Source: Candidatus Sumerlaeaceae bacterium (GTDB lineage Bacteria; Sumerlaeota; Sumerlaeia; Sumerlaeales; Sumerlaeaceae). Taken from it: DNA of 64,000 nt. A model generated the notes under the pieces. The model was not told the origin of the DNA. It saw only the letters and a program-made list of their open reading frames with translations, and ran no database searches. Position numbers and translations under genes: made by a program. Each line of letters opens with the position of its first letter. The first letter of the stretch is position 1. The DNA lies in the NCBI GenBank assembly GCA_051003195.1, contig JBPCLP010000021.1, positions 96,001 through 160,000 on the forward strand. The letters run 5' to 3'. Below are positions 1 to 9,693 of the stretch, piece by piece.

Positions 1-1961
1 CGACCATCGGCACAGCCGCGTACGATCCCCGTTCGAACAAAGTTTTCGTGACCGACCTTCTTCCTGTGCTCGAGCTGGTGCAGCGGCTCATTGAGCAGAT
101 CGACGTGAAGTTCCTCACGCGTGTGTTCCTGATCCACCATGCGGACATCAATTCCATAGCCGAGAAGCTGGGCAACATGAAGAGCCCGGCGGCCACCGCA
201 CCCGAAGTGGATGAACGGACGCGGCAAATCATCGTCCGTGACCGCCTTGACGTGCTTCGTCAGATGGACCTGATGGTCGAGACGCTGGATATCGGCCCCG
301 ACTTGCGCGTCTACGACCTGAACAACATGGGCATCCAGGGCGATGAGATCGACCAGATTGAAGAGGCCATCAGCGAAGTAATCACAGAGGGGGCTCTCTT
401 CAAGATAAACATCCGCCAGAGCCGGATGATTCTGCGCGACGTGCCCGATGTTCACGATCAGGTGGAAAAGATTCTCGCCGCGTTCGACCAGCCGATTCGC
501 CAGGTGCTGCTACAAGCCGAGATTATCGAAACGGAGTTTTCGGAAGGGTTCAACTATAGCGTCGACTACGCGTTCAGCCGCGATCTTTTCGCAGCGGTTA
601 CGGATAAACTTACGGGAACACTTGTGCCGACGGGCTCGGGTGTGACGCCGGGAACCGGAACCACGCCAGGTACAGGCGACGCGGATACACTGGGCTTTAT
701 CAATTTCCGCAAAGAGTTCCCGATCATCCAGGGCGGCTCGAGTGGCATCAACGCGCAGTTTCTCAGCAAATACGCGTTTATTAAACTGCAGGCGGCGATG
801 AGCGACTCGCGGACCCGCGTGCTGCAGCAGCCACGGGTGCTTGTAGAAAATCAGAAAACAGCGACGTTTGTCGTTGGCCAAAAGATACCGTTTTTTACAG
901 GCGGTTCCATTGGCTCGGTAAATTCAGGCAATAACCAGGTGCTGACACCGTCACAGCCTGTGCAGCAGTTGCTGACTGTCGGTCTGGATCTCGAAATCAC
1001 GCCGGTGATCGCCAACAATGGTTTGGTTGAAATGGAAGTAAGTGTTCGCAACAACACTCCTCTGTTTACCACTGTGCGATTTGCAGGGCAGGATTATACG
1101 GGTGTGGGCAGCAATAACCAGGAGATCGAAACAACACTGCTGATCCCAAGCGGCGAGACGCGGGTCATTGGTGGCCTTGTTGCCGATTCAAAGAGCGAAC
1201 AGCGCAGCGGGATCCCGGGCCTGTACCGCATACCTGTGATCGGGCCTGCACTTTTCGGCAGCCTTAATAAGCCTGCTAACGACAACCGACGCCGTAATCT
1301 CCTCATCTTCCTGACGCCGACGATTGTACAGGAGAAGGCTGGCGATCTATTGAAGTATAAGGGCCGCGTCATGCAGGACGTAGCCGAGGAACTGACGACA
1401 CCAACTGCTACGCTCAGTGATTACGACGTGGCCTCTCTACTGCCGCCAGACAAGACAAGTTATGGCAGCCTGCGCGATCAGTCGACCCCTCCTCCCCTGC
1501 TTCCCCTGGATCTTGGGACACCTGGGGAGACGAACGGAGTACCCGCTGTGGAGCTTCCCCCTGTAGAGACGGCGCCGCCTGCGGAAGAATTGCATCCGCT
1601 TCGGAGCGCCATCCCAGATCCGTACTCGGTCGGCACCGGTGAGATGGCGGAGCTGAAAAAGATCAGTATCGATAGCAGCAAATTTACGACTACGGATTCG
1701 CTGCGTTCGCTGCTGCCGCGCATCCCGGCTCCCAGCGGAGCGCTGGGCGGCACGGTGGGCACTGGCGCAAAGACTGCAGGAACAGGCACGGCTCCCGCCC
1801 CTGGCACGGTGCCAGGAGCGGCAGGTGCCCGTCCGGCGCCTTCAGTTGCAACCCCGGGCGTTTTCCAGCCACCCGCCACCGCGACTACCATCATCACCAG
1901 CCCCGTAGTGACGCCTGCGCCGGCTGCTACAGCTCCGCCCACCGAGACCAGGATCCGCTAA
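1..1961 (+). CDS. Type II/IV secretion outer-membrane secretin (GspD/PilQ family), 5' truncated by the window edge, with a long Pro/Thr/Ala-rich C-terminal tail
   Basis: Frame is open from position 3. Secretin motifs are QVLLQAEIIE, VGLDLEITPVI, GETRVIGGL, SGIPGLYRIPVIG and LLIFLTPTIV. Confidence 0.9.
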   Translation, partial: TIGTAAYDPRSNKVFVTDLLPVLELVQRLIEQIDVKFLTRVFLIHHADINSIAEKLGNMKSPAATAPEVDERTRQIIVRDRLDVLRQMDLMVETLDIGPDLRVYDLNNMGIQGDEIDQIEEAISEVITEGALFKINIRQSRMILRDVPDVHDQVEKILAAFDQPIRQVLLQAEIIETEFSEGFNYSVDYAFSRDLFAAVTDKLTGTLVPTGSGVTPGTGTTPGTGDADTLGFINFRKEFPIIQGGSSGINAQFLSKYAFIKLQAAMSDSRTRVLQQPRVLVENQKTATFVVGQKIPFFTGGSIGSVNSGNNQVLTPSQPVQQLLTVGLDLEITPVIANNGLVEMEVSVRNNTPLFTTVRFAGQDYTGVGSNNQEIETTLLIPSGETRVIGGLVADSKSEQRSGIPGLYRIPVIGPALFGSLNKPANDNRRRNLLIFLTPTIVQEKAGDLLKYKGRVMQDVAEELTTPTATLSDYDVASLLPPDKTSYGSLRDQSTPPPLLPLDLGTPGETNGVPAVELPPVETAPPAEELHPLRSAIPDPYSVGTGEMAELKKISIDSSKFTTTDSLRSLLPRIPAPSGALGGTVGTGAKTAGTGTAPAPGTVPGAAGARPAPSVATPGVFQPPATATTIITSPVVTPAPAATAPPTETRIR

Positions 1962-1993
1962 GCACCTCAGCCTAATCCTGTGCTGGAGACAGT

Positions 1994-2332
1994 ATGGAAA
2001 ACCTAAAGCAGGACCTGCGCGCGTTCATTGCCGAGCGCGACTGGAAGCAGTTTCATTCACCCAAGAACCTGGCAATGGCGCTGGCCGTCGAAGCTGCGGA
2101 GTTAATGGAGCCGTTTCAGTGGCTGACAGAGGAACAAAGCCGAGCCCTGCCTGCGGAAAAGCATGCACTTGTGAAAGACGAGCTGGCCGACGTATTAATC
2201 TACCTTGTCCGACTTGCCGACGAGCTGAACGTCGATCTGCTCGAGGCTGCACACGCCAAGCTTGGAAAAAACCGGGCGAAGTATCCGCCGGACCAGGTGC
2301 GTGGAAAGGCACTGAAATACAACGAATACTAG
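1994..2332 (+). CDS. MazG-like nucleotide pyrophosphohydrolase (dCTP pyrophosphatase family)
   Basis: Motifs ERDWKQFHSPKNLAMALAVEAAEL, DELADVLIYL and KNRAKYP; GGAG Shine-Dalgarno upstream. Confidence 0.92.
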   Translation: MENLKQDLRAFIAERDWKQFHSPKNLAMALAVEAAELMEPFQWLTEEQSRALPAEKHALVKDELADVLIYLVRLADELNVDLLEAAHAKLGKNRAKYPPDQVRGKALKYNEY

Positions 2333-2376
2333 TATGCTGTCTCAGAATTTCGCAGCATAATTCAGTTCGAGTTTTT

Positions 2377-2484
2377 TGCACCGAAGGTGCAGCGGGACAA
2401 AGCCCAGGGTCAGGATTCCGGCTTTTTGGAATCCGCAGCCCTGGGTTACAGCACCCCATTTTTCGCGCCCTGAAGGGGCGCCGG
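2377..2484. repeat. REP-like three-hairpin extragenic palindrome between convergent genes
   Basis: Three hairpins: tgcacc-gaa-ggtgca; agcccaggg...ggattcc/ggaatcc...ccctgggtt; gcgccct-gaa-ggggcgc. Confidence 0.7.
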
Positions 2485-2521
2485 AAACCGGAAATATGTA
2501 CTGAAGTTCCGGTACACCACC

Positions 2522-3841
2522 CTAGCTGTCGGGCGAATGCCGTACTCTCCGCACCAGCGCATCGACCGCCTCGCGCACGCGCCGCTCAGTGGCGCGGGTG
2601 AACGGGCCTGGTAGCGCGCTCCACAACGTTGCGCGCCCGCCTTCGTAGCCGCCCTGCTCCTGGATTTCCTGCGTGGCGATGTAACCAAACATGTCGTTGC
2701 AGTAACCGGCGACCCAAACCATGCCGGGGCCGTACTGTTTTTTGAAATCGAGGGCGAATTGGACAACCGGCTCCGCGCTCATGGCGATGAGCAGCAGCTC
2801 GTCGCCGAACGAGATTACCTGCAGCGGACACGGATAGCTGGTCGGCAACGGCCTCCCGGAGTCGATCGCATCCAGCAGGAACCGCGCCTTGGTGCGCTTG
2901 GGCGGATCGTCGCAGGTGAGGTCGGCTTCCAGTTGTTCGCGCGACCGAAGTGGTTCGAAATCTAGAGGCGTTTCGGAGTACGCGATGCGGAGGGGGCCCG
3001 CGAGTGTTTTCCTCAAGGATGGTTCCATGACACCTGAATAGACCGCGTCACCGAGCGCGTATCCGTGACTCTGTGTTAAAGTAAGATCGGTTTGAATTTC
3101 AGTAGGATCCGCCTCCAATGGTGTTTTCCTCGGATCGAGATCTGCACCTGCTCCTGAAAGGTAGAAAATCGGATCCGATAAGAACATCACATCTACTTGT
3201 TCCACTGCTTCGCCTGAGAACTCGGCACAATACTGCACAAAGGTGGGAGGCAGCGTCAGATTGTGGCATGCGTAACCGAAGGCAACACTATGTATGTAGT
3301 TCTTCTCGTCGGTGGCAATCAGGATTGGAACATCGTAATCTACCGGTCCCGGTGGCTTTCGTCTATTCTCCGCAATGTCGCAACGCGTCGACGTGACATA
3401 GAGCGACGCGGGCTCAATTGACGCCAGCGCTTCTCCAATCACCTGCACCAGGTTCTGCTTAAGCTCTTCGTTGTACTTCGGGATCTTTGCAGCAAATTCC
3501 TCGGGGATTCCGAAAAATGGTGCCTTGTCGATGCGGATTTCGGGGCCCGTGTGTGTGTGCGACGCATTGAAGAGCAGGTGCTCGCGCAGGATGCCGTGTT
3601 TCTCGAAAATTAGTTCCGCGACCGGGTTGACAATCTCACGGGTGATGGCGATCAGGTCGACCGTGCAGATGACGAGCGTCGTACCGGCGGCATCCTGGAT
3701 CGCGAGTGCCTTTGCGTACAGTGGCGTTGCTGTACCGCTGGCGGGCTCGCGACGAGCGGCCCAGCCGGCCAGCCACATCGATTCCTTCGGCGTGATTTCG
3801 ACGACGGCGGTGCCGACCTTCCAGTTCAGATCGCCGTCCAT
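2522..3841 (-). CDS. Neutral/alkaline non-lysosomal ceramidase-family amidohydrolase
   Basis: Motifs VEITP..LAGW, ASHTHTGP, YACH, GAGAD and GYCND..GY..GGYE. Confidence 0.8.
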   Translation of the reverse strand: MDGDLNWKVGTAVVEITPKESMWLAGWAARREPASGTATPLYAKALAIQDAAGTTLVICTVDLIAITREIVNPVAELIFEKHGILREHLLFNASHTHTGPEIRIDKAPFFGIPEEFAAKIPKYNEELKQNLVQVIGEALASIEPASLYVTSTRCDIAENRRKPPGPVDYDVPILIATDEKNYIHSVAFGYACHNLTLPPTFVQYCAEFSGEAVEQVDVMFLSDPIFYLSGAGADLDPRKTPLEADPTEIQTDLTLTQSHGYALGDAVYSGVMEPSLRKTLAGPLRIAYSETPLDFEPLRSREQLEADLTCDDPPKRTKARFLLDAIDSGRPLPTSYPCPLQVISFGDELLLIAMSAEPVVQFALDFKKQYGPGMVWVAGYCNDMFGYIATQEIQEQGGYEGGRATLWSALPGPFTRATERRVREAVDALVRRVRHSPDS

Positions 3842-4578
3842 CCGCCGTCCACCGGGATGACCGCGCCCGTGATGTAACCGGCGTGATCCGATGCAAGGAA
3901 CAACGCCGCGTACGCCACATCCCCTGGTTCACCCGTGCGGCCCAGCATCGTTTTGCTCACCTGGCGCTGGTGCAACTCGCTTCCGGGTTCCGGAGAAATA
4001 CGCGTGCGGATCGGTCCCGGACAGATCACATTTGCACGAATGTTATCGTGACCGTAATCATACGCCACGCTTCGTGCGAAACCAAGCAACCCTGCTTTCA
4101 CCGTCGTGTACGCGGCGGAGTCGCGACCTCCCACCATACCCTGCACGGAACTGATAATGATGATGCGGCCATCATGTTGCGCCTGCATGTACGGAAGTAC
4201 GGCCTGCGTGAAGTACTGCGTGCCCATCAGCACGATATCCATGCACTTGCGCCATTCCTCATCGGGTGCGTCGCCGCTTTTATGAAACGCGCCAATCCAT
4301 GCCGCATTGTTTACAAGGATATCGATCCTCCCATGCAAAGCCGCGGCAGCCGCGACCACCTCGGCAACTGCTTCCTTGTTCGAGACGTCCGCCTGCACAA
4401 ACTTGCCGGAACCGATCGCGAGCAAGTGCCGTTGCAGTTCCTGCCCGGCGACGTCATCAAGGTCCGCCACCACCACATGCGCGCCTTCCTCTGCAAACGT
4501 CTCCGCAATCGAGCGTCCGATGCCGTGCGCGGCTCCGGTCACGATTGCCACTTTGCCTTCGAGCAGTTTTGTTTTCAC
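3826..4578 (-). CDS. Short-chain dehydrogenase/reductase (SDR)
   Basis: Motifs TGAAHGIG, NNAA, YTTVK and VDGG. The GTG start overlaps the upstream gene stop (GTGA). Confidence 0.92.
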   Translation of the reverse strand: MKTKLLEGKVAIVTGAAHGIGRSIAETFAEEGAHVVVADLDDVAGQELQRHLLAIGSGKFVQADVSNKEAVAEVVAAAAALHGRIDILVNNAAWIGAFHKSGDAPDEEWRKCMDIVLMGTQYFTQAVLPYMQAQHDGRIIIISSVQGMVGGRDSAAYTTVKAGLLGFARSVAYDYGHDNIRANVICPGPIRTRISPEPGSELHQRQVSKTMLGRTGEPGDVAYAALFLASDHAGYITGAVIPVDGGWTAI

Positions 4579-5429
4579 GGACGTGTCCTCTGATTCACGA
4601 GCTGTTGACCCCTCCGCCCAACATGCGCCCGCGTGATGGTTGTTCGCGCCAGGTTTGCGACGTAAATCCAGTCCATGTCTGGTCCGCCGAATGCCATGTT
4701 CGTTGGCGCTCCCAGCAGTATGGCCCATGGATCATGCGCGAACAGGAATTTGTCCCCGCCCGGCGTGACGCGGAATATCTCGTCCGATGCGTAACAGGAA
4801 ATGTACAGGTTGTCCTCAGTGTCGAGCGCCAGTCCATCGGGCAGGCGTCCCGCTTCTGTCACAAACACCTCCGGCACATCCACCGAGCCATCGTCCCCAA
4901 TGCGAAATCTCCACACGCTGTTCGTATCGCTTTCGACCATGTACAGCGTTCGTTCGTCTGCGCTGAGCGCGAGTCCATTTGCGTAGCCGATGGGCCCCGT
5001 CAGCACCTCACCCGCTCCATCAGGGCGGAACCGCAACAGGTGCCCGTTGCGATCCCGGAACTTGCCGCAGTCGGTCACGTAATAATTCCCCGCCCGATCG
5101 AACACACCAAAGTTGGGGCACACAATCTTATGATCGCCCGCAGCAGTTGCGAACACCTCATGCGCCCCACTCTTCTCCACCCTCACAATCCCCATCATCG
5201 GGCAGCAGGCGAACAGCACGTCCTCCGGAGAAAACGCAATACCGCCGACAAAGCCGTTTAGTGTCGTGACAATTTCCGCTTTCCCCGACTCACCAATCCG
5301 ATAAATCTGCCCCGCCTCGCCCCCGCACCAGAGCGTGCCATTGGAATCAAACGCCACACACTCCGGGTGATCGATTCCCATCGCGAACACCTCGAATCGT
5401 TCGATGGGAATTTCAGGTTCGACCGCCAT
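4575..5429 (-). CDS. SMP-30/gluconolactonase family protein
   Basis: Motifs HPECVAFD, PNFGVFD, ANGLALS, PDGLALD and PTNMAFGG. Start MAVEPEIP lies 2 nt after the upstream stop. Confidence 0.88.
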   Translation of the reverse strand: MAVEPEIPIERFEVFAMGIDHPECVAFDSNGTLWCGGEAGQIYRIGESGKAEIVTTLNGFVGGIAFSPEDVLFACCPMMGIVRVEKSGAHEVFATAAGDHKIVCPNFGVFDRAGNYYVTDCGKFRDRNGHLLRFRPDGAGEVLTGPIGYANGLALSADERTLYMVESDTNSVWRFRIGDDGSVDVPEVFVTEAGRLPDGLALDTEDNLYISCYASDEIFRVTPGGDKFLFAHDPWAILLGAPTNMAFGGPDMDWIYVANLARTTITRAHVGRRGQQLVNQRTRP

Positions 5430-5431
5430 GG

Positions 5432-7018
5432 CTACACGTCGTCCCGGCTGTACTCGTTGTCGACCAGCCGCCAGATGCCGCGGGTGTTGGCGTTTTGCAA
5501 CTCGATGGATAGCAGCGAATCGGGGTACCCCTGGAAGCAGACCGGCCGCGCGAAGCGTTTGATGGCCTCCGTCCCCACGCTCGTTGTGCGCGAATCTGTC
5601 GTTGCCGGATAGGGGCCGCCATGCTGCATGGACGCGCACACTTCCACACCCGTGGGAAATCCATTGATGATCACGCGACCCGCTTTCTGCTGCAGGATTT
5701 CCAGCAGCGCACGGTTCGCCTGCAAGTCTTCCTCGGTTCCGTGGACCGTAGCGGTAAGCTGTCCGGGAAGTCGGCGTGCTGCTTCGAGCAACTGCTCGGA
5801 AGAGTCGCATGACACAACAACGCTCGAGGGCCCGAAGACCTCCTCGTGCAGTGCAGTTTCCTTCTGAAACGTATTTGCATCGGTTGCAAAAATCAGCGCG
5901 CCTGCGCGTCCTTTTCCGGCGTCGACGCCCGCGGCTTCACCCAGCACTTCCACACCTGCTATTCCACGAAGATGGTTCGCGCCCTCGTGCCAGCGACTGC
6001 AAACGATGTCGTAGAGCATTGTTCCCGGCGCGGCATCACACGCATGGCGCGCGGCTTCCCTGGCAAACGTCTGCAGTCCGTCGCCCGTTCCAAAGGCCAG
6101 GCCGGGGTTGGTGCAAAACTGACCAACACCCATGGTGACCGATTGAACAAACTGCTCGGCGAGTTGCGTAGCACGCTCGGCCAGCGCACCCGGAAGCAGA
6201 AACACCGGGTTCGTGCTGCCCATCTCTGCGTACACCGGAATCGGCTCCGGCCTTGCCGCCGCGGCATCGTAAATCGCGCGCCCGGCACGCAGGGAGCCTG
6301 TAAATCCGACGGCCTTTATAGACGGGTGCTGAATCAGTCGCAACCCGACTTCGGGGCCGGAGCCATGCACCATGGAAAACACACCAGCCGGCATTCCAGT
6401 GGCTTCGGCCGCGGTCATAATCGCCTGCGCCACCATTTCGGAAGTGCCGGGGTGCGCCGGGTGCGCCTTCACGACGACCGGACAACCGGCGGCCAGCGCG
6501 CTTGCCGTATCACCACCCGCGACCGAAAACGCGAGCGGGAAATTACTGGCACCAAACACCGCAACTGGGCCAAGTGGCACAAGCATGCGGCGCAGATCCG
6601 GTTTCGGCATCGGCTTGCGATCCGGTTGCGCACGATCAATATGTGCTTCGACCCAGGAGCCCTCACGCAACAAAGAGGCAAACATCTTAAGCTGCCCGAT
6701 GGTGCGCCCGCGCTCTCCCGTCAGGCGCGCTTCGGGAAGTGCCGTCTCCGCGTTCGCACGTTGAAGTAGAAGCTCTCCGAGTGTAGCAATCTGATCCGCG
6801 ATGCGGTCCAGAAACGTCGCGCGAGCTTCCGGGGCAGTCGAGCGATAGATTTCGAACGCCGCCTGCGCGGCGAGTGCCGCACGGTCGACTTCTTCGGCTG
6901 AAGCCTCGTGAAAATCGGGCGTAAGCGGCATCCTGTCCACGCGGCTTGAAACCGCGAACCTGCTTCCGCTGCCGGATGTCCATTGTCCCGCAACAAGACT
7001 CGTTCCGTGTAGTTGCAA
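5432..7018 (-). CDS. NADP-dependent aldehyde dehydrogenase (alpha-ketoglutaric semialdehyde dehydrogenase-like)
   Basis: Motifs VFGASNFPLAFSVAGGDTASALAAGCP, FTGS, AEMGSTNP, GQFCTNPG and HGGPYPA. TTG start follows GAGGAG. Confidence 0.92.
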   Translation of the reverse strand: MQLHGTSLVAGQWTSGSGSRFAVSSRVDRMPLTPDFHEASAEEVDRAALAAQAAFEIYRSTAPEARATFLDRIADQIATLGELLLQRANAETALPEARLTGERGRTIGQLKMFASLLREGSWVEAHIDRAQPDRKPMPKPDLRRMLVPLGPVAVFGASNFPLAFSVAGGDTASALAAGCPVVVKAHPAHPGTSEMVAQAIMTAAEATGMPAGVFSMVHGSGPEVGLRLIQHPSIKAVGFTGSLRAGRAIYDAAAARPEPIPVYAEMGSTNPVFLLPGALAERATQLAEQFVQSVTMGVGQFCTNPGLAFGTGDGLQTFAREAARHACDAAPGTMLYDIVCSRWHEGANHLRGIAGVEVLGEAAGVDAGKGRAGALIFATDANTFQKETALHEEVFGPSSVVVSCDSSEQLLEAARRLPGQLTATVHGTEEDLQANRALLEILQQKAGRVIINGFPTGVEVCASMQHGGPYPATTDSRTTSVGTEAIKRFARPVCFQGYPDSLLSIELQNANTRGIWRLVDNEYSRDDV

Positions 7019-7218
7019 TTTGTGACTCCTCGATGAAACCTGACTGCGGCGGTTCCACAAAAAGGAAACGCTTGGCACAACGTAAAACAGCGCACCGCAG
7101 CCGCCCACAGCGTATGAAACTTGCGCGTCAGACCTGTCGGCGCTGCAGCGTTCCCAGGACAAAGCAATAGTTGTCAGGGGGAGAGAGCAGTGCTTGACCC
7201 CGGAACCGCCTCGCGCAA

Positions 7219-8037
7219 ATGTTGAGAATGAGTAATTTTACTATCTGCAACCGGGTGGTTGGCCGCGCCGCGTTTCTGATTATGTGCATCCTGTTGGCGC
7301 AGTTGAATAGCCTGACCTTGGCACAAGCCATTTCCACCGCGGACCTTGAACGCATTGGCAGGCGCATCTGGCAGAACGAATGCAACGGCAGCGTACGCGG
7401 ACTGACGAGCTGGAACAGCGGCGAGGATTTCGCATCGCTGGGAATCGGCCACTTCATCTGGTATCCCGCCGGGCAGTCAGGTCCTTTTGAAGAGAGCTTT
7501 CCAAGGTTGCTCGAGTACTATCGGCAGGCCGGAGTAACCATGCCCGCGTGGCTGCAGCAGACGCGGGGTAGTCCATGGACCGATCGAGCCTCGTTCCAAA
7601 GGGATCATGCATCGGTGCGGCAGCAGGAGTTGCGCGATCTGCTCGCCCGCACAGTAGCAGCGCAGACACAATTTATCATTGCACGGCTGGATGCTGCAGT
7701 TCCGCGCATGCAGGCTGCTGCCGGCCGCTCCTCCGCACATGTCGCAAAGAACATGCAGCTGCTTCGCACCAGCGCTGCGGGTAATTTCGCAATGATCGAC
7801 TACGTGAACTTTAAAGGGGAGGGGCTTCAGCCGAGCGAACGTTACAATGGCGAAGGCTGGGGTTTGCTGCAGGTGCTGATGGAAATGCAGCCATGCGATG
7901 CATCCAGTGCACCGCGAGCATTTGCGAATGCTGCGAAGCGAGTGCTGGCGAGACGGGTGAAGAACAGCCCGCCTGCGCGCAAAGAGCAGCAGTGGCTGCA
8001 GGGGTGGTCGAACCGATGCGAAACCTACGCACGATGA
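7219..8037 (+). CDS. Secreted conserved hypothetical protein, possibly lysozyme-like fold
   Basis: Signal peptide; motifs IWQNECNG, WNSGEDFASLGIGHFIWYP, DYVNFKGEG and GWSNR. Confidence 0.6.
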   Translation: MLRMSNFTICNRVVGRAAFLIMCILLAQLNSLTLAQAISTADLERIGRRIWQNECNGSVRGLTSWNSGEDFASLGIGHFIWYPAGQSGPFEESFPRLLEYYRQAGVTMPAWLQQTRGSPWTDRASFQRDHASVRQQELRDLLARTVAAQTQFIIARLDAAVPRMQAAAGRSSAHVAKNMQLLRTSAAGNFAMIDYVNFKGEGLQPSERYNGEGWGLLQVLMEMQPCDASSAPRAFANAAKRVLARRVKNSPPARKEQQWLQGWSNRCETYAR

Positions 8038-8069
8038 AGGCGTAGCGCTTGTCGTAAGATGCGCAGGTG

Positions 8070-9692
8070 TTACGGAACGTCGGGCGCGGCTGTTTCCTGC
8101 AGTTCCATCACGGCTTTCAACTGACGCAATCGCCCGCTAAGCGCGGCGGTATCCACATCCTGTACGGCGCAGTTGTTTCGATTGGCCAGCACCGCGGCCA
8201 CGCCGGCAGCCTGCCCGATGATCATGTACTGCGGTTCCATGCGCAACGTACTGTAAGCTACATGGCTGGCAGAAAAGCAGACGGGAACGAGCAGGTTCGC
8301 TGCCTCGCCCCGCTTCGGCGTAATCATTCGGTAGGGTATCTGGTACGGTTTGACGCCGACCTGCATGTCTCCTTCGTTTGCTGCGAAGCCAGACGCGTTC
8401 TCGATGCGCTGTACGTTATGGCTGTCGCTGTTATAGCTTCCCATCCCAATCACATCCGGCTTGGTGAGCGACGTCTGTATATCGCGCTGCGACATCACGT
8501 ACTCGCCGACCATGCGGCGCGCTTCGCGAACGTAGAGCTGGCGCGGCCAGTGGCCAGTTTCGGGGAACTCATCCGCCGCGAGTCCCCACGTTGTCAGCTC
8601 ATCCCGCAGTTCTGCTGGAATGCGGTCGTCATTCGCGAGAAAGTACATGAATCCAGCGACGTAGTTGAAATGTTCCTGCCAGATTTGTTCGCGCTGCGCA
8701 TAGCTCGCGTCGGGATAATTCCAGCTCCCGCCGATGTAGTCGGTCGAGAATGCACCATTATTATTGGTGTCGGTTTTGTGCTTCTGAATTGGCCCGGGAT
8801 GTATTAGATCCTTAACGGTCGGAGTCGTGCCTTTTTCGTCGATTGTCGCCTCAATCAGTCGCAGGAGCAGCTTGTATCGATCAGGGCTGTAGTCGGGCGG
8901 TTTCGGGAACGGAACGCTGTTACGCGCTTCGCCCGTCATACAAAGGCGGAAGTTATACGCCTGGACCTTGTTGTCCGCAGCGCCGGGTACTCCCTTTGAA
9001 CCTGCCTGTATTTCTGGCAGCAGTTTCCCGTTCTCGTCGCGCGCCTTCACTTTCACTTTAAATTGATGCTTCGGCGTTTTTTCGCGAACTCCAGCGAGTG
9101 ATTCGCCGTAATGATCGCGGCCCTCGCGGCCAAAGGTGTAACTCACGCCGGCTTTTGCCATGAGATCGCCCTCATAAGTGCAGTCGGCGAAAACTTGTGC
9201 CGTGAACACTACGCCGTTTTCCATTTTTATCGACGTGATGCGCCCGGCGGCGGTGGTCACGCCGTCGTTTTCGAGGAGCCGGTGTTGCAGGAATACCGAA
9301 ACGTGAGCTTCCTTGAGCATTGTGTTCAGCACCTGCTCGGCAACATGCGGTTCCGGATACCACTCGATCAGTTGCCCGTAACGTTTACCAAGCTCTTTGT
9401 AAAATTCCCGAGCCAACCCTCCGATGCAGTCCTGGTTACCGAAATCCGTGCGGCTGAGGCCGCCTGTCACCATTCCGCCGACGTGCTTCGTTGGCTCGAG
9501 CAGCGCAACTTTGCCGCCTTCGCGTGCGACTGTAATGGCCATCGCGACACCACTTGCTGTGGCGCCGTAGATCACGACGTCGTAGTTTCTGGCCGAGGAG
9601 GTTTTTGGTTCGGTCGCGGCAATGCGCGCAGTGAGAATAGCTACGACCAGTAGAACAAGCCTGGGCACGCGCGAGCTTAGAAGCAGTGGCAT
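8070..9692 (-). CDS. Secreted FAD-dependent oxidoreductase (FAD_oxidored family)
   Basis: Motifs DVVIYGATASG, DCTYEGDL, YVREARRM and SASHVAYSTLRMEP. Confidence 0.88.
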   Translation of the reverse strand: MPLLLSSRVPRLVLLVVAILTARIAATEPKTSSARNYDVVIYGATASGVAMAITVAREGGKVALLEPTKHVGGMVTGGLSRTDFGNQDCIGGLAREFYKELGKRYGQLIEWYPEPHVAEQVLNTMLKEAHVSVFLQHRLLENDGVTTAAGRITSIKMENGVVFTAQVFADCTYEGDLMAKAGVSYTFGREGRDHYGESLAGVREKTPKHQFKVKVKARDENGKLLPEIQAGSKGVPGAADNKVQAYNFRLCMTGEARNSVPFPKPPDYSPDRYKLLLRLIEATIDEKGTTPTVKDLIHPGPIQKHKTDTNNNGAFSTDYIGGSWNYPDASYAQREQIWQEHFNYVAGFMYFLANDDRIPAELRDELTTWGLAADEFPETGHWPRQLYVREARRMVGEYVMSQRDIQTSLTKPDVIGMGSYNSDSHNVQRIENASGFAANEGDMQVGVKPYQIPYRMITPKRGEAANLLVPVCFSASHVAYSTLRMEPQYMIIGQAAGVAAVLANRNNCAVQDVDTAALSGRLRQLKAVMELQETAAPDVP

Positions 9693-9693
9693 G

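Noticed and set aside
4266..5261. Long antisense ORFs (also 5846-6769, 15232-16215, 26465-27430, 36858-37718, 50729-51625)
   Set aside because: They are shadows of well-supported genes on the opposite strand in GC-rich DNA.
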